Shown here piece after piece: positions 25,401 to 36,373 of a stretch of DNA of 64,000 nucleotides. Origin of the DNA: Yuukianura sp. NJ FZ-2021 (taxonomy: Eukaryota). The DNA lies in contig CM102286.1 in the NCBI GenBank assembly GCA_046563655.1, positions 6,572,001 through 6,636,000 on the forward strand. The letters are read 5' to 3'. A program made the position numbers and the translations under genes. Numbering within the stretch: position 1 is the first letter of the stretch; every line of letters begins with the position of its first letter. A model generated the notes under the pieces. It did no database searches, had not been told where the DNA came from, and worked only from the letters and a program-made list of their open reading frames with translations.

Positions 25401-28400
25401 AAAGTGGGGGGAACAAACCCCCTTCGGGGGGCCCTATTACTTCGCTATTATCAGTATGCGCGGTTTACAACCGGTTTATTAATAATATTTTTCAATGATA
25501 CTGCACATGGTTTCCGTTGGGGAAGGCTTAATGACGATAATGTAGCCGCAAAGTGTAGCCACCTTGAGGCTACCATATGGGTGGCTAAACTATGTGACCA
25601 ATTTTGTTGCCACGTTACGTTAGGTATTTTGAGTTAAAGCGGCAATAAATGTTGCCACTTGTTGTAGCTGCCTATTGTAGCCACACAAGATGGCCGGATT
25701 GACCTGGAACCATTGGCCGTCGTTCAGAAAACATAAGGAAACACGATGAAAGAAATACGTTGCATCATCTTAAAAGTTAATAAAAAAAAATATGTAAAAC
25801 AGTGTAAAATATTACACCTTCGGCGAATGATTCATGTTGAAGAAAATTTAATCAGACAACGAAAATTCTGTATGATTTTGGAACAAAAAGATGTGGGAAG
25901 ATGCAAATAAGAAAATACGGCTTCTAAGTCATTATGTGGTGACATCTTATGCGTTTGCCTCTACTTCATTTTGCCTCTCCGTACTCTGGCAATACTTTCT
26001 CCGCATACATTCAGTAAGGAATTTTCTTCCGTTTTTTAAAGAAGTGTATGCAAAAATGAAGAATAATAACTATTTAGGTGAAAGTCTCTCAGCGCAGCAT
26101 TTCAATGTTCTCGATGTGCATAAATCAAAATTATCTTGTCATTGTTCATTGAATTTCCCAAAAGAAATTCCAAAGCCGTTGTCTGACATGTATTAAAAAT
26201 TTGTAGGCTCCTTAACATTAGTACTATCTTCATGCTACTTTTCAGTAACCTTAAAGATATTTTAACTAACTCGGAATTTAAGCTAAGAATGCCTGAACAC
26301 CAAGTTATTTCTTGTGTTATTGTTCAAATACATCTAATTTGCATTAAGTACATTGAATATACATGGTTAGTGCTGACTAACATGAGACCAAGATTCCATC
26401 TTATTCGGCTTCGTTGCACTGGAGACCACGCCCTCTTGAGGAATGAGTTGTGTTATAAACATGGGGTGCGTATACGGATCACAGTGCAGAAAACGAATGC
26501 TTTGTTGGTTTTCCCGTTGACTGACTTTGGACTGGATGGAAAGCATATGAAAACAAACCGAGATTGACAGGAGTTGGGGTTTCATGCAAACAAATAGCGG
26601 TGGAGAGGGACTGACTTTCACGAGCAGCAGCAAGAGGAAGAGCACATTTGCAACGTAAAAATTTCCATTTCATTTCTCGTGCTTATCTGCATAGCAGAGG
26701 AGTGACGCAGGGAGGAGAAAGCCTGTCTCTTTCTAATGGAAAAAGCATGTCATTTGATTTCTTGTCTCCTCCATGAAGATCGAAGGCCCATTTTGATTAC
26801 AAATAGAACATATGAGATCAAAATCCACTCAAGAACACCAAACCCTTTCCGCTCCTCCCATATGAAAATATCAGTCCGACTGACGTGAGTTTGTACTTTG
26901 AAGTAAATTACAACGGCTACTACAACTCAACAAGACTTCAATAAAAGACGTATTTGAACTTTCACTGTCATTTCTCTTTGTAGTGTAAACTAAATTTAGC
27001 TCATGTGCTCATGTATAGAACATTGGATAAAAGCTGTAGTGTTACTCTTATGGTGGCTAGTGCAAAATTCTAATCAGTTGTACTCAGATTCTGATGAATT
27101 GTACGGAATGGAGTTTCAAATGGAAAGTTTGTTTTTAATTAAAAACAACTTTGTTGTTGTCCTTAAACCCAGACGAGGCTAAATGAATGAAAAATGGGTA
27201 GGCGGTTACGGATTTAATAGGTGTTAAATTGCCGTAAAGGGTAAAGTGTTGCTCTGTACAAAATTAAACAACCATCCCATTAGTTTAATTGGGATATTTT
27301 TAATTCAGTATCAATACCATTTCATTCGGAGTAAGTTATCAAAACCGGGAATTAGAAATATGTTTACTGAAATGTTTGCTTAAAGCATTTCGCTCAAATC
27401 GCTCTTCATGCAGCGATGTATCCGCAAGGTTATTGATTCAAAGAAAACAGTTCACAGTTTTGGTGTAGAGAAATATAACAATATATTTTCAAAAAAAAAG
27501 TCCTTTCCGTACGATATTGGATTTGGTAGCTGCTTGTCTTTTGAGTTGGAAAATATTTGTGGCATAACACTCCACAAACACTCTCTGGAGTACTATGTAA
27601 ACTTTTTCAATCTTGTTTTAACGGCTATGCGTCATTCAATCAAAAATAATAAGGAAATCAACGTGAAGCTAATTCTACAGGAAGCCGTATGGGACTAAAG
27701 CTCATGTGGTGAAAGCTTATTTTTCTAGAATTTGTTTTCAGCAAATGTAATCTCATGCCAAACCTGTAGAGAGGTTTTCCGTGTGATTCTGAAAACCAAA
27801 GAACCATGTACACAGCATCATCCCGTCTGCTCACGGAAATGTCACACGGCATCTCCACTCGTTGTCCCAGAACTCCTTCAAGTTGCTCAATTGGTGCTAG
27901 AAAAAAATTCAAACAAATGTCAGGATAAAGTACTACAACTATTTTTTTTAGAAAAAAAAATACACATCACGCGTATTTTTTAAAGTATTAAACCTTGATC
28001 ATTTCTAGTTCTGTAAAAATTGTAAATAAGGAGAAATTTAGGTTGAAGTCCATTTTCACATTGATTTTAGATATAAGTTTTGTATGGTGGTTTGGAACTG
28101 AATTTACTTTATGAGATAGTTGAGAATACATTTTTGCTGTAAGTTTTTAATATTATTTTTGTGTAGTTTTGTACACGTTGTGTTTACCGCTTAAGAACAA
28201 AAGGAAAACGGAAGTAAGTACGGTAGGCGTCATTAGTCAATGTTGTTTTTAACTTTTTCGTTTAAAATTTCAGCGCCGTTTTTTTTCAAGAGGAAACTGA
28301 GGAAAGACTTGGCCTTACATCTCTCCTCCATCAAATAGGAGAAATCAAAAGTCAATCGGGCTGAACAAATCGTTTGTCTTATTGGGACGGTAAGTGGAGA

Positions 28401-31400
28401 TAGCGATTTAGAGGCAAGGCTGCAAAAGTTGAGAAAGCGAGAACGAAAAATCAAAATCAAATGAAATGACTCAACTGGGATTCAAGTTAAAAGGAACGAA
28501 AAGGGAGGAACTTTTCGTGGGAGATTCGAATCTCCAAACAGTACAAAAGTGTACAATGGTTGTGCTACATCTCAAAGGAGATCAAATTTATTTCCTTTCC
28601 TCCCCATTCCAACCCGTCACAACCTCTCAGCCACGGAATGCTCACAATGTGGGACTCACAGTTCCAAACTAAACTGTGTACACTTCTACCTTTACAAATA
28701 TTTGCAAATCACAATTTACAAAGTGTTCCTACAATTCTTAAACTCTAGTTGGCTGTTATGTTCAACCTTACAGGCACAAAAACTTATAGAAAAAAATCCA
28801 CTCAATTTCTTTGTCGTTGTTCCTAAAATTGAGAAGTCTGGAAAGAAAACTATGGAAAAAGAGAAAAGTTTTCTAGTTTGATTTTCTTCCACAATTTTCT
28901 TGAAGTTTTTGGAACCTTTGGATCTGTCCCGCATGACATTTTGGTCACTTTCTCCAAAGTTATTTTCCGTCTGTTTTCTTTCTATCTGATTCAATAGAGT
29001 TGTACAACCCATGCTTGTTTAAAGACTAGCATGCAATGTCTAGTACTCATTGTGGTTTTCCTGGAAAAGGCGTTTGACAGGAACCGTTATGAGTGAGATT
29101 TTTTAAGCTCGAGAGAGACGTGTGATGGCGAACCATTTTTGGACCGTGACGGCTTAATGGTGAGCTCTGCGCCTAAAGTGGATATTGACCGAGGTGGAAG
29201 GAAGTGAAATTTGGGGTGTATGGCCGGAGCCAAGGACGGAAGCAGTTTTTGAGGAGGGATGCGTATTATAATAAATGGAATGTGTGCTTTCACTCCTTTG
29301 GTGTTACCTCCGAAGATAAACGGGAGTGGTGGGCTGTTGCTTCCCGTAAAGATCAGCTTCTGCATCAACTCCTAGGCTTCAGCCTTCCTCAAATCCTCCC
29401 CACCAACGCTGCCTCGTGTGTGAGAATGCTGAAGCTTTATTGCAGATTGAAAAACTCAATTTTCTTTCCTAAACTATGCCATTTCGTAGGAAGAGTATTA
29501 GTAGGCTTTCGCATGCCTTGCCTTTCTTTTCGATAAAAGTCCTACACTTGAATACAAATTTCTCCATTTTTTAGGCTCACCAGACTCCACTGTTCTTACT
29601 ACCAAATTTCCCACTGATTCGCTTCTGCTCGTCCCGTCGATATAAGTTCGCTTCCGTCCTAAAAAAGAATCAGCTCAATTGAACTGGAAATTGTGAGGAA
29701 CAAAAGCCGATTGTTATTTCTTCACTCATAGACAGACATGGCTATTGATTGATTCGAAGATTTTATGATGCAGATCGGACACAAGTCAGTGAATGGAATA
29801 AGATCCAATTCTGACTGGAAAACACAATGAATGCAAAGTAGATTTTTTGAACTAAGCAGCCAATAAGAAAGAAATCCAAATGGTTTTCCAATTGTGCTCA
29901 AACGTGTAATAATATTGGTACATGCAGGTTGCTTAACACCGTGCTGCGTTCTTTTTTCACCACCCTACGACGGTTTCCATATTTGCTGAATATTCCCTGC
30001 TACTCTCAACAAATCGGGTCTGAACTTTCTCTCGTGATCCGTTTCGTGTTTTTGCGTTAGTTAAGCTTGTGTTAAGAATAGAACGAGTTAACACTTTTCG
30101 TTCTGAAAATACGCAATGTCTATCCAATTATATTGTAAGCATCTTTCATCCCATGCCAACGCCATATAAACAGCAGTATTAAGAATCCAAGCCAACACAT
30201 GTTCCGCAATCACAGAAACTCGAAAATGATACAACCCATTCCACTTGCTATCGTCAGCTCAAGCCTATTTTAGTAGAACTTTTGTATCTCTTCTGTTAGA
30301 AATTCTGGTGAATTTCATAAAACGAAAAATAAAATGTAAGAAAAAATCACTCTAAAAAATTGGATGGAAGCCTGCAGAGAGTGATTTCTCTTCAGTCAAG
30401 TGTAGGGTTTGAAGTTTTTATCCAGTTCTCAAAACTGGATGATGTTATAAATTATTTGTGGCAAGGCCAACGACCGCGCCCTGCCCTAACTTTTTAACCC
30501 TTCTTCCAGACTGATGCAGTAATATGTTAACCTTCACCACAAACAGACGTCAAGTGCATTCTTTGTTGTTAGAACATTTCATTCTAAAATAATATTTTCA
30601 TGCGTAGTCGTCCTCGTCATACCGTCAATCATAAGGCCACTCAACTCTCGCAGTATCACAGTTCAAATTCAAAACCACAATCAAAACTCATCAAACCACC
30701 AATCCAATACAGTGTTTAATCTTATTTTCTACTCATTGACCTATTTTGTATTTTAGTAAATGTTTCCGGCAGGAGTTTATATGGAAGACCCTTTTATATG
30801 CTCTTACATCGAACAACAATTTTTTAGATTTTACGACATTCCAACTGTATCTACAGAACAAATTGGTGTCACAATTTACAATATCGAAGTGAAAATGTTA
30901 TGAGTTTCTACACATTTTATATCTTGAATTTTGCCTCCTTTTAAAACAAGGTTAAAACTTAAGCTGTATTAGGGTCTTACCGTACTGTAGACTATTAGCA
31001 ATAAGGCCACAGAGTTTCACGTTTTTTCTATGCAACTCTGTCTACGCATATTTCCATTGTTTATGTGACTACCTTTACTAGTCGTATTTTGTGTTAACTT
31101 TCTTTCACAACGGCACCAAAGAAACAGTAGAGGAGACTTAAGTAGATCCAGGGAGACTAGAAAAGTTTCTTTGCGCAATCAGTGGAAACTCGGCTGCACT
31201 TCCCCATATTTAGCCTGTCTTCAGAACAAGCAACGTCGACGCACCATCTGCTACCTGTCTTCCTGCGCTCCTACCTGTCAGCATGTTAATTTTTAATAAA
31301 TAAAATAATTAATTTTGGTAATTTAGTCTCTCGAAGAATCTTATACTTCCTCCAACCAATGGCCTTTCAGAATCTACACCACCAGCAGGGGTTGGTTTTT

Positions 31401-34400
31401 GGTTTTTTAGTGTAGTTGGGCTTTATTGTGTGGGGCTCAACTTATGGTGAAGATGGTTCCCATAAATTGAAATTTCCTACCAAGACCTGAATAAGATAAT
31501 AGCTATATTCTAAAACTAAAATGAATTACCTGCTACTGGAGTAAAGCTAAAGGGTGGAAACAAGGCGCGACTTCAAATTTGAAATTTAATTCTGTTCCAA
31601 CCATAACTTTTCCACAGCATTAAGTAATTACAAAAGTTTTCCAAAGCTTTTCTTTCCCTGGGAGAAAGTATAAGAATTAACTTACGAAATCAAACTTGGG
31701 TCACCCTTGTTTTGCCACAAATTTCACACATGTTGACAATGGCTCATTTGCAAAGATGTTTTAACTTCAGCTCTAAACGTGTCACTTTTTAACTGTTTTG
31801 TCTTCTATTATCAATAAAGACTTGGATAGTTGCAGTGTTGCCAAAAATGGTGCCTGAAAACTCATTTTAACTTGATAGAAGTACAGCACGAGTAGCGTTT
31901 TCCGTTTCCTCTAGTTCAAGTGCTTTTTTAACAAATAAAATGTCATTTCAATCCCACTGGTGTTATTAAAGAAAAGTGCGAACCTCAAGAGGTCGCCTCA
32001 TTGTGACAGAAATGGACGTGTTTTCCTTTTGCTCCGTTCGCCCTCTGCGTCGAGTCCAGACGAGGGAAAGTGTAAAAGAAGTTGAAGTTGCTTTCTACTG
32101 AAGTAATTCTTTCACTCCCCCACTCCCATCATCTTTCAATTTTACTCAACACGTCCTATCTCTCATCCCCTAATATGTACCATTACATAGAGACTGAGTA
32201 AGCCAAAGGAAAACACGTCTTTATGTTATCATTTCTCCCACCCACCGTAATGGCGGAGAAACACACCTAATTCAGGCTTTGGAAGTGGGCAGAGTTGAAC
32301 CCACGCCGCAACCCAACCATCACCATCCACGTCTTTTCATGTCAGAAATGTTTTCCCCTTGGAAGTCTGAAAGTTGGGAAAGTGGAATCTGGACTTGGAA
32401 GAACCCTACCGAGCTACAAGTGAGACAAACCCAAAAGTCCTGGCATTTCTAGCCACTGACTTCCGAGATGGAATGTGTTTTTGACTCCTTTGTGGCATAC
32501 CCCCTGGCCAAATCTTACGACGGAGAGAGAGGATGTTGGAATTTAAGTTTTCTCCTTTATGGAAAGGGAAAGTCTTAATTTCACTTCATTAATTCCGTGG
32601 TTGAATCCTTACGGAGGAAAGGCGGGCCAAAATGGAAATTCCTTTTCCATGCAAATTAAATGTTTTCAACTTAGTTCTCAAAATATTAAGAAAATGGTAC
32701 ATCGGAATGCCGCTGGGGATGTCGAGACTAGTCAACAGTGTTCACAATCTTGGAGAAATGTATTGCATCTGATAGGAATGAAGACACTTCAACTTGCTTC
32801 AGCCCTAAAAGGGTACTTCGTCTCTGCTTTCCACAACAAGATTATGTAGTGCATCTTTTTTTTTATACGTTTTCTTATTGTGAGCGTTGTAATATGGAAA
32901 ACATTTTCCAATTTTTTTTTAAACTGACAGCTAGAGTACACAAAAATCGTCAAATTTTGCAATGAATTGAAGAGGATGAGTGGCATCATTGAAAGTTCTG
33001 ATGGTTTTTTGGTTTTGATATTTGAGAAGTTTATATTCAACGTTAAAAATCAAAAATTGTTGAGAGAAGGTAGAATAATTTATGGTAGCCAGATTACTGT
33101 GGTGTTATCTTGAGGCTTTCTCTGCTACCATTAACGTCAAGCATTATAGATTTTCTTTTAGAAATCACCAATTTTCTTACGACAAAGTAAACGTTATATT
33201 TGATATAATTTCTTTGTTTGACGCAGATCTTATTGATTTCAATTTGAAACAACAAAATACGGGGCTATAAATTTATTTGTGAATTTTGTCAGCTAAAAAT
33301 GAGTCCCAAAAATCAATCTTCGAACAAGATTGACTCTCGAGTATAAATTTTTGACTTTGTATTTTACAATTTTTGAAAAAACAACAACAAGAAACAGGCA
33401 TTTATTAATTTAAAAATGTCTAAAACAATTTCGACACCTTGTCAAGCTTAAATAAAAAGAAAATTTTCAGACAAAAACATAATGAACATTTAAAAAAAAA
33501 TCCTTTCTATGTGTTCTAGCAATCATTAATCAGAAGAAATTCGTTTGTCATTGGGATTCATAGCACAACTCCATTTGATAAATTGATCAGATACTCTACC
33601 ACCTCGCTGTCAAAACAATACCTTCTTTTCCTGGAACTTAATCAAACTTCCGAAGGTCTAATTCTGATGAAAGTTAAAGCTTTATCTTGTATGGAATCGC
33701 GGACTTTGCCATGATGACTTTGAGAAGACATCGCCTGGAGAGAAACCGATAATTATGATTTCAATGAAAAAGTCAGCCCACGTCAATCCAAACATATTAA
33801 GTTTTCTTATACGAAGCGGCACAAGAGGAGCGCTCATGTTAGAGCTGTGATCGGCAGCAGCTAAACAGGGAGAAAGCACAAGAGAGAAAGATGCCTCTCC
33901 AAATTGAATTTAATTAATCTAGCTGTCTTCGTTCCTCTCCGTCATCTTCTTCTGCAAGCATAGTAATAGAGGGATTTAGGCTCAACCCCATCCTAGCCAT
34001 GTCTTCTTTCGATGTGTCTTTTCCAATATAACTTGAATTTCAAAAGACCTGTTTTCAGCGACTTGGCTTTCAAGATCATATGTCTAAGAAGCCTGTTTTT
34101 TTAGAACGCGAACGCACTAACATTGCGTTTGTATGTATCTGTCGCTTTCTTAGGAAGAAGAGAAAATAATTTCCTTTCACTCAAATGGTCCTTGGTGAAA
34201 ACTTTGTGTCTACTTCACGTCCGTCAAGAATTAATAACATTTGCCAGGAACACAAAAGTGTCTGACCTCAGCAGGACAAATCGGCCGCAAGCAGTGTCTA
34301 TCTTGTGCTAAAAAAAAGTTTTGCACTGACACTCACAAAAGGCTAAAGTTATAATTGACTTGTGACAACCTGACGTGAAAACTAGATTCAATTCAGTATT

Positions 34401-35288
34401 GAGGTCGAAATTCCAGAACACAACTTGCCGGAGTTCCACAACCCTTGGTTATTGTTCAAGCCCATTGAGTATAAGAATTAGTTTGGAGTGTCCTCGGGAA
34501 GTGCTAGATTTAATCGTGTTCATTCAATTCAAATGGGGTTAAGTTCTCAAGTTCCTAATTGCCTCTCGAGCGGAGAATGAGCGTGGGTTGTTGGATATTA
34601 GTCAGACTTGGGATTGAACAAGCGACAAGAGCGGCTACCTTCCGTTTAGTTTTAGACAGTTTTGGAACATGCAGAAGACAAGGAAAATAGGTAGTAGCTG
34701 AGCAGTAGATAGGGTAAGATAAATTACTGTTTCAACAATCCAAGTGAAAATATCAATGATTCCGACTCCAAACTTGGAGGCATGATTCAAGACTTTAATC
34801 CTTCTTTCTTCCCCTCCTGCCAGTGTGCATGACTACCGCATTACATATTAAAAGGATTTTGCTCCAAATTTCAATTCATTAAAACAGTTTCACCACAAGA
34901 TGAGTTTCCTGTACGGTAAATCGAGGCTCAGTGTCGCAGAAGATAATCCAAGGACAAGTTGCTGTCATACGTAGCATCGAAATAATATTACTTTATACAA
35001 AATCGTTATGAAAAGTAAAAACCGTAGCGTTTACTTACAGTGTTGTAGAGTTACAACTTAAAAAGCATGAAGCGCGATACATGGCTTCACACACGATAGA
35101 AAACTTTCTAGGGATCATGAAAAACAAAATCAATTCAAAAGAAATGGCTTACCTTTTTTGGTTTCATTTTCAATTTGATTAATTTTCAAGGCATTTACGC
35201 TGTTTTTCGAAAAACTGGATTCAAGCAGGATGAGAATGAAGAGAAAGTTTGACACACTATATTGTCTTCCTGAACTTTTCATATTCAT
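4104..35288 (-). CDS. Sidestep-family (nephrin-like) Ig superfamily transmembrane protein, 13 coding exons, ~940 aa
   Basis: Exons (minus strand) 35288-35153, 27896-27764, 23410-23202, 21343-21233, 20634-20431, 17421-17267, 16646-16499, 15280-15150, 11753-11594, 10810-10514, 9713-9321, 5111-4755, 4492-4104. All introns are GT-AG with compatible phases (1,2,1,1,1,0,1,0,1,1,1,1); total 2823 nt. Side-family motifs: [100 protein letters not shown]. The specific paralog cannot be assigned. Confidence 0.92.
4755..5111 (-). CDS. Side-like exon 12 (transmembrane helix and proximal cytoplasmic tail)
   Basis: PVVAVGVGLAVMGTLLTLALALIL followed by stop-transfer RSRR; contains the NPDIIP motif typical of Side/nephrin-like tails; CAG acceptor, CAG|GTAAT donor. 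Confidence 0.92.
9321..9713 (-). CDS. Side-like exon 11 (fibronectin type III domain)
   Basis: KPHPLENCSVSNQTGTTIQVEC...PVFILRGLGAGSWLRFILYAANSHGKSEPVTI; CAG acceptor, GTAAT donor. Confidence 0.93.
10514..10810 (-). CDS. Side-like exon 10 (Ig5)
   Basis: TPVCIAKTGVTVGATKGESVGLRCAVESNPTAFRFEWEF...[9 protein letters not shown]; CAG acceptor, CAG|GTGAGT donor. Confidence 0.95.
11594..11753 (-). CDS. Side-like exon 9 (Ig4)
   Basis: GEELKHSIGAGIIMSNQSLVLQGVNRNQNGNYCCIATNAEGSTYSNEVPLSVM; CAG acceptor, GTAAG donor. Confidence 0.95.
15150..15280 (-). CDS. Side-like exon 8 (Ig4 start)
   Basis: [43 protein letters not shown]; CAG acceptor, GTGAGT donor. Confidence 0.95.
16499..16646 (-). CDS. Side-like exon 7 (Ig3)
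   Basis: ELDGGNVTSSTFVFIPSPDDNGGSITCRAENPKL...EDVWNLNVV; CAG acceptor, GTAAG donor. Confidence 0.95.
17267..17421 (-). CDS. Side-like exon 6 (Ig3 start)
   Basis: KPLFVRLRQKQTERVLAGKEYRISCETAGSKPPAELRWLKGGKEIAQVITQ; CAG acceptor, CAG|GTCAGT donor. Confidence 0.94.
20431..20634 (-). CDS. Side-like exon 5 (Ig2)
   Basis: NPEPTVSWYVNG...FTCKASNTRLVQPVERSALLDLN; CAG acceptor, GTAAG donor. Confidence 0.95.
21233..21343 (-). CDS. Side-like exon 4 (Ig2 start)
   Basis: PPSPPIIYDGSDEEVGSTVGPLVEGSDVLLKCRVRG; CAG acceptor, GTAAG donor. Confidence 0.95.
23202..23410 (-). CDS. Side-like exon 3 (Ig1, C-terminal half)
   Basis: FDVRGKGLKTAKIWSS...[26 protein letters not shown]; TAG acceptor, G|GTAAG donor. 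Confidence 0.95.
24553..24985. repeat. 23-bp C-rich minisatellite (CACTCACCCCCTCTCCCCCGGGG), ~18-19 copies
   Basis: Period of 23 visible at 24573, 24596, 24619 and onward; last copies degenerate. Confidence 0.95.
24984..25420. repeat. ~85-bp GC-rich tandem repeat, ~5 copies
   Basis: Units start near 24984, 25069, 25153, 25239 and 25324, each containing CTCCCTGGGGTGCGGAGCAAAAAAG and GGGGCGGGAAAGTGG. Confidence 0.93.
27764..27896 (-). CDS. Side-like exon 2 (Ig1, N-terminal half)
   Basis: PIEQLEGVLGQRVEMPCDISVSRRDDAVYMVLWFSESHGKPLY; TAG acceptor, AG|GTTTGG donor. Confidence 0.92.
35153..35288 (-). CDS. Side-like gene, probable coding exon 1 (signal peptide)
   Basis: ATG at 35288 gives MNMKSSGRQYSVSNFLFILILLESSFSKNSVNALKINQIENETKK, then AAG|GTAAG donor in phase 1 matching the next exon. 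Too short for the ORF track. Confidence 0.7.
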
Positions 35289-35645
35289 GAATTGCGTAGA
35301 GATCGTGTTACAGTTTTTAGTAATTTCTTCAGAAATGAAAACGCAGCAGTATGTTATCGAGTGTTTTTGTTGTTAGCGATACAAAGCGTTTCTGACCTGA
35401 AACGTGAATGTACATCACATGGCACATTTCCTGCTTTAAGATTACCGTTCTAAACGTGAAACAAAAAATAAGGTTTTTGTGGATGCTCTTTTTCTCTACA
35501 AAAAGCAATCAGTCGAAAGTAAAATTTATGCTTCGAGAAAATATGGGTAGCGTTATTTGACGTTGGTACAGATCAAAATAAGGGCTAGCAACAATCCAAC
35601 AACTCGAGAATGGAGAATGTCACTTGGAATGCTGTATTGAAATTG

Positions 35646-35651
35646 AACTGA
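35646..35651 (-). promoter_or_regulatory. Candidate arthropod initiator (TCAGTT) for the Side-like gene
   Basis: TCAGTT on minus strand ~360 nt upstream of the proposed ATG; a hexamer alone is weak evidence. Confidence 0.3.
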
Positions 35652-36373
35652 GACAACGCTTCGTAATGCCCAACCAACAGTCAGAATCGTGTCGTGGAGG
35701 TGATGTACGTCCTTTGGCGGAAGAAGGGGAACTAACTGACACTTTCCCGCTGACTTCGTCTTTAGCTCCAACCAGAGAAAGGAAATCTCATTCCTTGCGC
35801 TGTGCTTCCGCTTAGCATGATGGGAGAAAGTGGTAGAAAGACTTCCAGAAATTCTTTATTTCGAACTCCAATCCAAACAGCTTTCCAGACATCTCAGCCA
35901 ATTTTTATATTCAGAACGTTTTGGAGTTCATGAGAGAAGTTCTGGAATCCGATTCAACATGTGGCTCGACTAAAATATTTTATTTTCTTGTGTTGCCTAA
36001 TAAATTCAATTTTCTTACACTCGTTAAAGAATATAGAGTAGTTCACACAGAGAAGTTAGTACACTACTACATGGGTGTGTTGAAAAAATTCTTGTTTTGA
36101 TTATTTACATAAATGCGCAAAACTATCGTTGGTCCTACTACATGGTGAGTGTTATTTGAAAAAACTTACCACAAAAGTGTAGAACATAAAATTTAATGCG
36201 TCAAATTTAGACTGAATTCAAACAAAGTTTTGCCAATGCCAATCCGACGAAATCGGGAACTACTGTTTTAGGACACAATTGCATGGTTTTGAAGCCAAGC
36301 CAAGGGAGTTCTGATAAGCTTTACGAAGTTTGACCTATCAGACAGACTTACAGACGTACACGGACAATCAAAA

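Larger units (their letters stand above)
23977..25490 (+). mobile_element. DINE-1/HINE-like non-autonomous Helentron (rolling-circle) element in intron 2 of the Side-like gene
   Basis: 5' subterminal repeat ATAATAGCGAAG (23982-23993) with adjacent inverted copy; (GTCY)n microsatellite at ~24011-24054; central tandem arrays; 3' subterminal inverse CTTCGCTATTAT (25440-25451) then hairpin CGGTT-TAC-AACCG (25461-25473) and a T-rich end; no TSD. Confidence 0.8.

Noticed and set aside
24553..25420. CRISPR-like array
   Set aside because: Units are head-to-tail with no unique spacers, no cas genes, and the context is eukaryotic.
24436..25637. Long Pro/Gly-rich ORFs (348, 320, 294 aa and antisense ones)
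   Set aside because: Open in all frames because the GC-rich tandem repeats lack stop codons; they lie inside a transposon within an intron.
26367..26645. ORF starting LFLLLLLV resembling a signal peptide
   Set aside because: GTG start, lies between the two halves of Ig1, and no suitable donor was found.
30980..31050. Alternative first exon for the Side-like gene at a G|GTAAG donor
   Set aside because: The phase-1 frame has a stop shortly upstream and no ATG-led hydrophobic leader.
5112..35152. Dscam-like arrays of mutually exclusive duplicated exons in the Side-like gene
   Set aside because: Each Ig/FN3 exon was found once; no paralogous exon copies were seen in the introns or ORF track.
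35553..35771. 72-aa minus ORF with a hydrophobic C-terminus
   Set aside because: Non-ATG start, no good splice donor, overlaps the probable promoter/5' UTR.
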